DNA of 64,000 nucleotides from Blepharisma stoltei ATCC 30299 (Eukaryota; Protista; Ciliophora): positions 806,001-870,000 of the forward strand of contig CBFDEM010000004.1 in assembly GCA_965603825.1 (NCBI GenBank). The letters are read 5' to 3'. The translations under genes and the position numbers were made by a program. Position 1 is the first letter of the stretch. Each line of letters starts with the position of its first letter. The notes below the pieces were generated by a model. That model worked only from the letters and a program-made list of their open reading frames with translations, ran no database searches and was not told the DNA's origin. Positions 60,247 through 64,000 of this stretch are shown here, piece after piece.

Positions 60247-63200
60247 ATGAGTCCCAATAATCGATCCCAATATAATTTAATGGCGTCTGATTACGTTGAC
60301 GAGCTGAAAACAATCAGTTCCAAACTTTCAAACTACAACCACGACCCTGAGCCTATAGAAGAGCTAAAGCGGCTTAACGAGCTCACAAAAACACTGAAGG
60401 ACTCTCCTCAATCCCTACCAGTAGAACAAGCTAACTGTGTAGTCTCATCTCTTCCTTCTTTAGTCGGGTCTTTATTAAACAACAGAAAATATCTCAGCAG
60501 AGAGGCCATCCAGCTAGCCGGTGATATTCTGTCTAACGTCATGCTCATGCTCCCTCATTACTTTTCTTCCCCAAAGTACTTAGAAGCCCTCAGGATGACA
60601 GCAGAACTGGACAGAGCCTTCTACCAAACCTACATGCAGGACGAGCGAGCCATTTCTTGGGCAATCCCTCCTGAGCCAGTCACAGACTCCCCTGCAGAGT
60701 GGCGTGAAGAGCTTAAAGAAGGCGACCTGATTGACGCTGTCAAAGTGGATACCGGCTATGACCGAAAGATATGGGGCACTGCCAAGATCACGTCAATTGA
60801 TTCTGATGACTACTTGTCTATAGAATTCCAAGACGAAGGGTCAGAGTTTGACAGGTTTTTGCCTAAAACCAGCCAAGAAATAGCACCAGTTGACACGAAA
60901 AATAAAGACAAAGAATGGAGACTTAGCCTAGACAAAGACATGATGATTGATGCTTACGATACTGCAAGTACATGGTATAACTCAACTATTCTGGGGAAAA
61001 GATATAAGCAAAATGATCATGGGACTATGACAGCTGAGCTGCTAGTGGGTTATAGAGTTTATGAGGCTTCAGGCGAAAAGTTCGACGATAATGGGAATTT
61101 TAGAGGATGGTCTTCGAAGTATGATGAATGGATTTCTATATGATCCCCAAGACTTGCTTCTTACAACACCCATGCGAGGAAATGGCCAATCCCACTTGTG
61201 ACAGTTATGGAGGAAAATATAATTGATGACTCTAACGACCTTATTGAGGATGCTCCATATGCATTTTTTGTGACCAGACATAAGAAGTCTAAAAGTATGA
61301 TACTTATAAGGAATTTAAATAGGTTACAAATGGCAGGGGTTTTTGACCTAATAGTGGATATCATTAATAACAGAGACCAATGGGTGTCTTTTGAGACTGT
61401 TTATTCACTGACTTATGTAGTAGGAAAACTATATGCGCTATACCATAAAGCATTTGTGACTTCTTACGTTAACAAGTTTAAAGATGCCCTGTTTGGGTAT
61501 TTACTGAGCTGTCCTCAAAATATCATCAGAGATTTCAATAAAGAAAAATTAGACCAAATGCTATCATTAATGGAATCCTTCCTCAAGCGCTTCTATACAA
61601 TTCAAGAGAAAAATGCTATAATTGAGCAGTTTACTTTAGATTTATCATTGATCTGCTTTGAAACTCCTTATTTAGAAAGAAGAATACAAGGACTTAAAGG
61701 GATTATTGATGCAGTCAATAAGTCAAAATACACCCAAACCAGATCTGTAAAAATTGAATCACTGGTAAAATGACTTAAAGACCATGACGTAATTAATGAA
61801 ATTTTTGGCATAAAAGGACACTATCAACTGGTCCAAAGAGCTGCAGAAATTCTCCGTCTTTTTGCGAATGAAAATGAAATTACAGCTTCTGAGCTACAAG
61901 AAGTATGGGGCGCGTCACAGAAAAATGACGAAGATATGAAGCATAGTGTGTATAAAATTCTGGCAGATGTCAGCACAAATCTTAAGTCTGAACATTTAGA
62001 GTTTTTGGTTGACAAAATTGCAGAAATCCCTCCTAATAAGCTTTTTAAAGAAGAAGTCGACCTTTTGCATGAGCTAACTAAATATCCATTAAGAGCTGGA
62101 AATGCAACTAATAGAGCTTGCGAGCTCTTATGGAGCATCTCACTAGATGAAGAAAAATACCTAGACCCCGTCAAAGATTTAGCACTTGAAAACTTTTGCA
62201 GCCTCATGAAAAGCTGGGATTTAAGGAAAAACCGTATCCCAGTCATGATCCAATGTGTTGAAAAAATCAGAGAAAACAAAGCCGTTATCCAGTCTATCCA
62301 AATCATCAAGAAACTTTTAGCTAATTTCTTTGTATACTCAACACCAACAGAACCTACATCAAGAGGAACAATAGTAGACATGCTGATTAAAGAGCACGAA
62401 ATCTTGGTCGCATTTTTTGACAATCTTTATTATTTTAAAGAAAAAGCCGCACAGTGGGGAAAAGGAGAAGATATTAAAAATGCAGTTATTTGTGATAGAA
62501 CTACTTATAAAGACCAAATAGAGCAAAGATTGAGCTTTTTGCATACACTGCTAACGAGCTCTATATCAATAACTTTGTCGCAAAAACAGATGGACACTCT
62601 TTGGGACTTGCTTCTTCAAAACTCTTATTGCAGCGCTGAACGAGAATGCTTTTTGAAATGGCTAGGAGATGTTACTGAGAGCCAAAGCCAAGGCAAAAAA
62701 ATTTTTGATGACTCTGATGTCCATTCTTTCTTCTTAGAAAAGGTCGCAAACCTGAAAAACAGTTACTTTGACATGTCCCCTGAAGGGTTTACAGTATTTA
62801 AGTCATACTTTTTATTAATCAACGCTTCGTTAAGTAATATGAAGCAAAACCCTAAGACTTCTTATTCATCAAATACCACCACAACTTCTACTTATATAAG
62901 CCCATCATATCAAAATGAGTATGCATCTAAAGAATTCGACTATCAAGTAATCACAGCACCATTGTCTTTGGTTGGTATGGAATGTCTGAGAAAAATCATT
63001 ATGGAGGTAAAGAACGAAAAAGTCCTATCACAAGCCTCAGATTTCTTGAATGATTTGTATGATAATCTGAATACATCAGAAAATCTGATAGAAATTAGAG
63101 AAGAGTTTATAGGATTTTGCTTAGGATACCTTAAAAAAGGAATTGTGACTGAAAAGAAAAGAGCACTGTCACTTATGAAAAGCTTTATGGAAGAATGCGA

Positions 63201-64000
63201 AAAGAAAGGAACCGCAGGGCTGAAGTCTCATTCTGCATTATTAAAAGGAGACATCCATAATTTAGTCATATTGAACCAGGTTTCCTACTACCCTCAAAGT
63301 GCTGACATTCCTAGAAGAATTGAGCTAAAGGTATATAGCAATACAACTTTTTGGGAACTCCGCTGCATAATTGGGAAAAAAATCAAATGCATGAGCGATC
63401 AGTTTAAGATATATAGAAGCTTGCTGCAAAAAGAAATAAAAGATAGCGACAATGGAAAAACATTGAGTGATTTGAGGATCAGGGTTAATGAAACTTTTTC
63501 TGTTTATAGAAGAATTACGAATATCCCTAAAGCAGCTTTAACTACGTCTGACAACCAGCTTTCAGAAAAAGCTCGAAAAATATTCAGTCAGTGGTTCCAC
63601 AAATACGCAGACAAGGGTGACAAAATGAGTCCTGAAGGCTGTTCTGCATTTACAAACTCTTGCACTGGCGACCCTTGTAAAGCAACAGACAAGCGTATCC
63701 AAGAATTCTTTACAAGTCACGATGACGACCGAGATGGCTTACTCACAGAGGATAACTTTTTAGAGTTTTATAGACAAGCCTGCATCCAGCGTCCTAACGT
63801 AGTCTGGACTAATTTAGCATCTCACCATTATAGAAACGACTTAAAGTGCTACGATGACGAAGAAGAAGATTTCGTAGACCCAAAAGCACTACCAGGTTTT
63901 ATTTTGACACAAAAACAAGAGAACTTTGACTTGATTTTTTCAGCGCTTAACGAAGAAGACTTGGCAAATGATGCTTGGGATTTAATTATAAAACTCCCCA
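60247..64000 (+). CDS. USP9/24/34-like ubiquitin-specific protease, N-terminal part (runs off the window)
   Basis: Open frame through TGA at 61141 and 61771 to the window end. PYLERRIQGL, helical repeats, a ubiquitin-like segment (VYSNTTFWELR), and AWDLIIKLP. The catalytic domain is not in the window. Confidence 0.75.

Noticed and set aside
1-64000. Mycoplasma or mitochondrial origin (also UGA=Trp, AT-rich); CRISPR arrays or transposases
   Set aside because: The gene content is eukaryotic nuclear with spliceosomal introns; no repeat-spacer array or transposase motif was seen.

Overview
This is AT-rich, gene-dense eukaryotic nuclear DNA, most consistent with the macronuclear genome of a heterotrich ciliate of the Blepharisma type. 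TGA is read as Trp (it sits at invariant Trp positions of a CDK, two CDPK-type kinases and two Rabs), TAA/TAG are the only stops, and introns are 15 nt long (GTAAnnnnnAnnTAG). The supplied standard-code ORF track therefore fragments many genes. Reassembled, the window holds about 30 protein genes. Positions 0.6-15.8 kb are a tandem array of six paralogous two-CNBD cyclic-nucleotide-binding proteins, each with two 15-nt introns. Then follow OSBP, a CDPK-like pseudokinase, RPSA, an SLC25 carrier, OSCA/TMEM63, an NTD-less NPC1, an A20/AN1 protein, DNAAF1, TMEM18, an anoctamin, a kelch protein, an N-acylated Rab5-like GTPase, a CDPK, PDI, an HMG-box protein, an E3 ligase fusing RBR-type RING1-IBR to a MYCBP2-type RING-Cys-relay module, GDH, a long coiled-coil protein, a multipass membrane F-box protein, a degenerate Rab, a tandem zinc-finger protein, an ER DnaJ, a CDK and the 5' part of a USP9/24/34-like deubiquitinase. 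I recognised no rRNA, tRNA, transposase or CRISPR array. All family assignments come from motifs recognised by eye; no searches were run.
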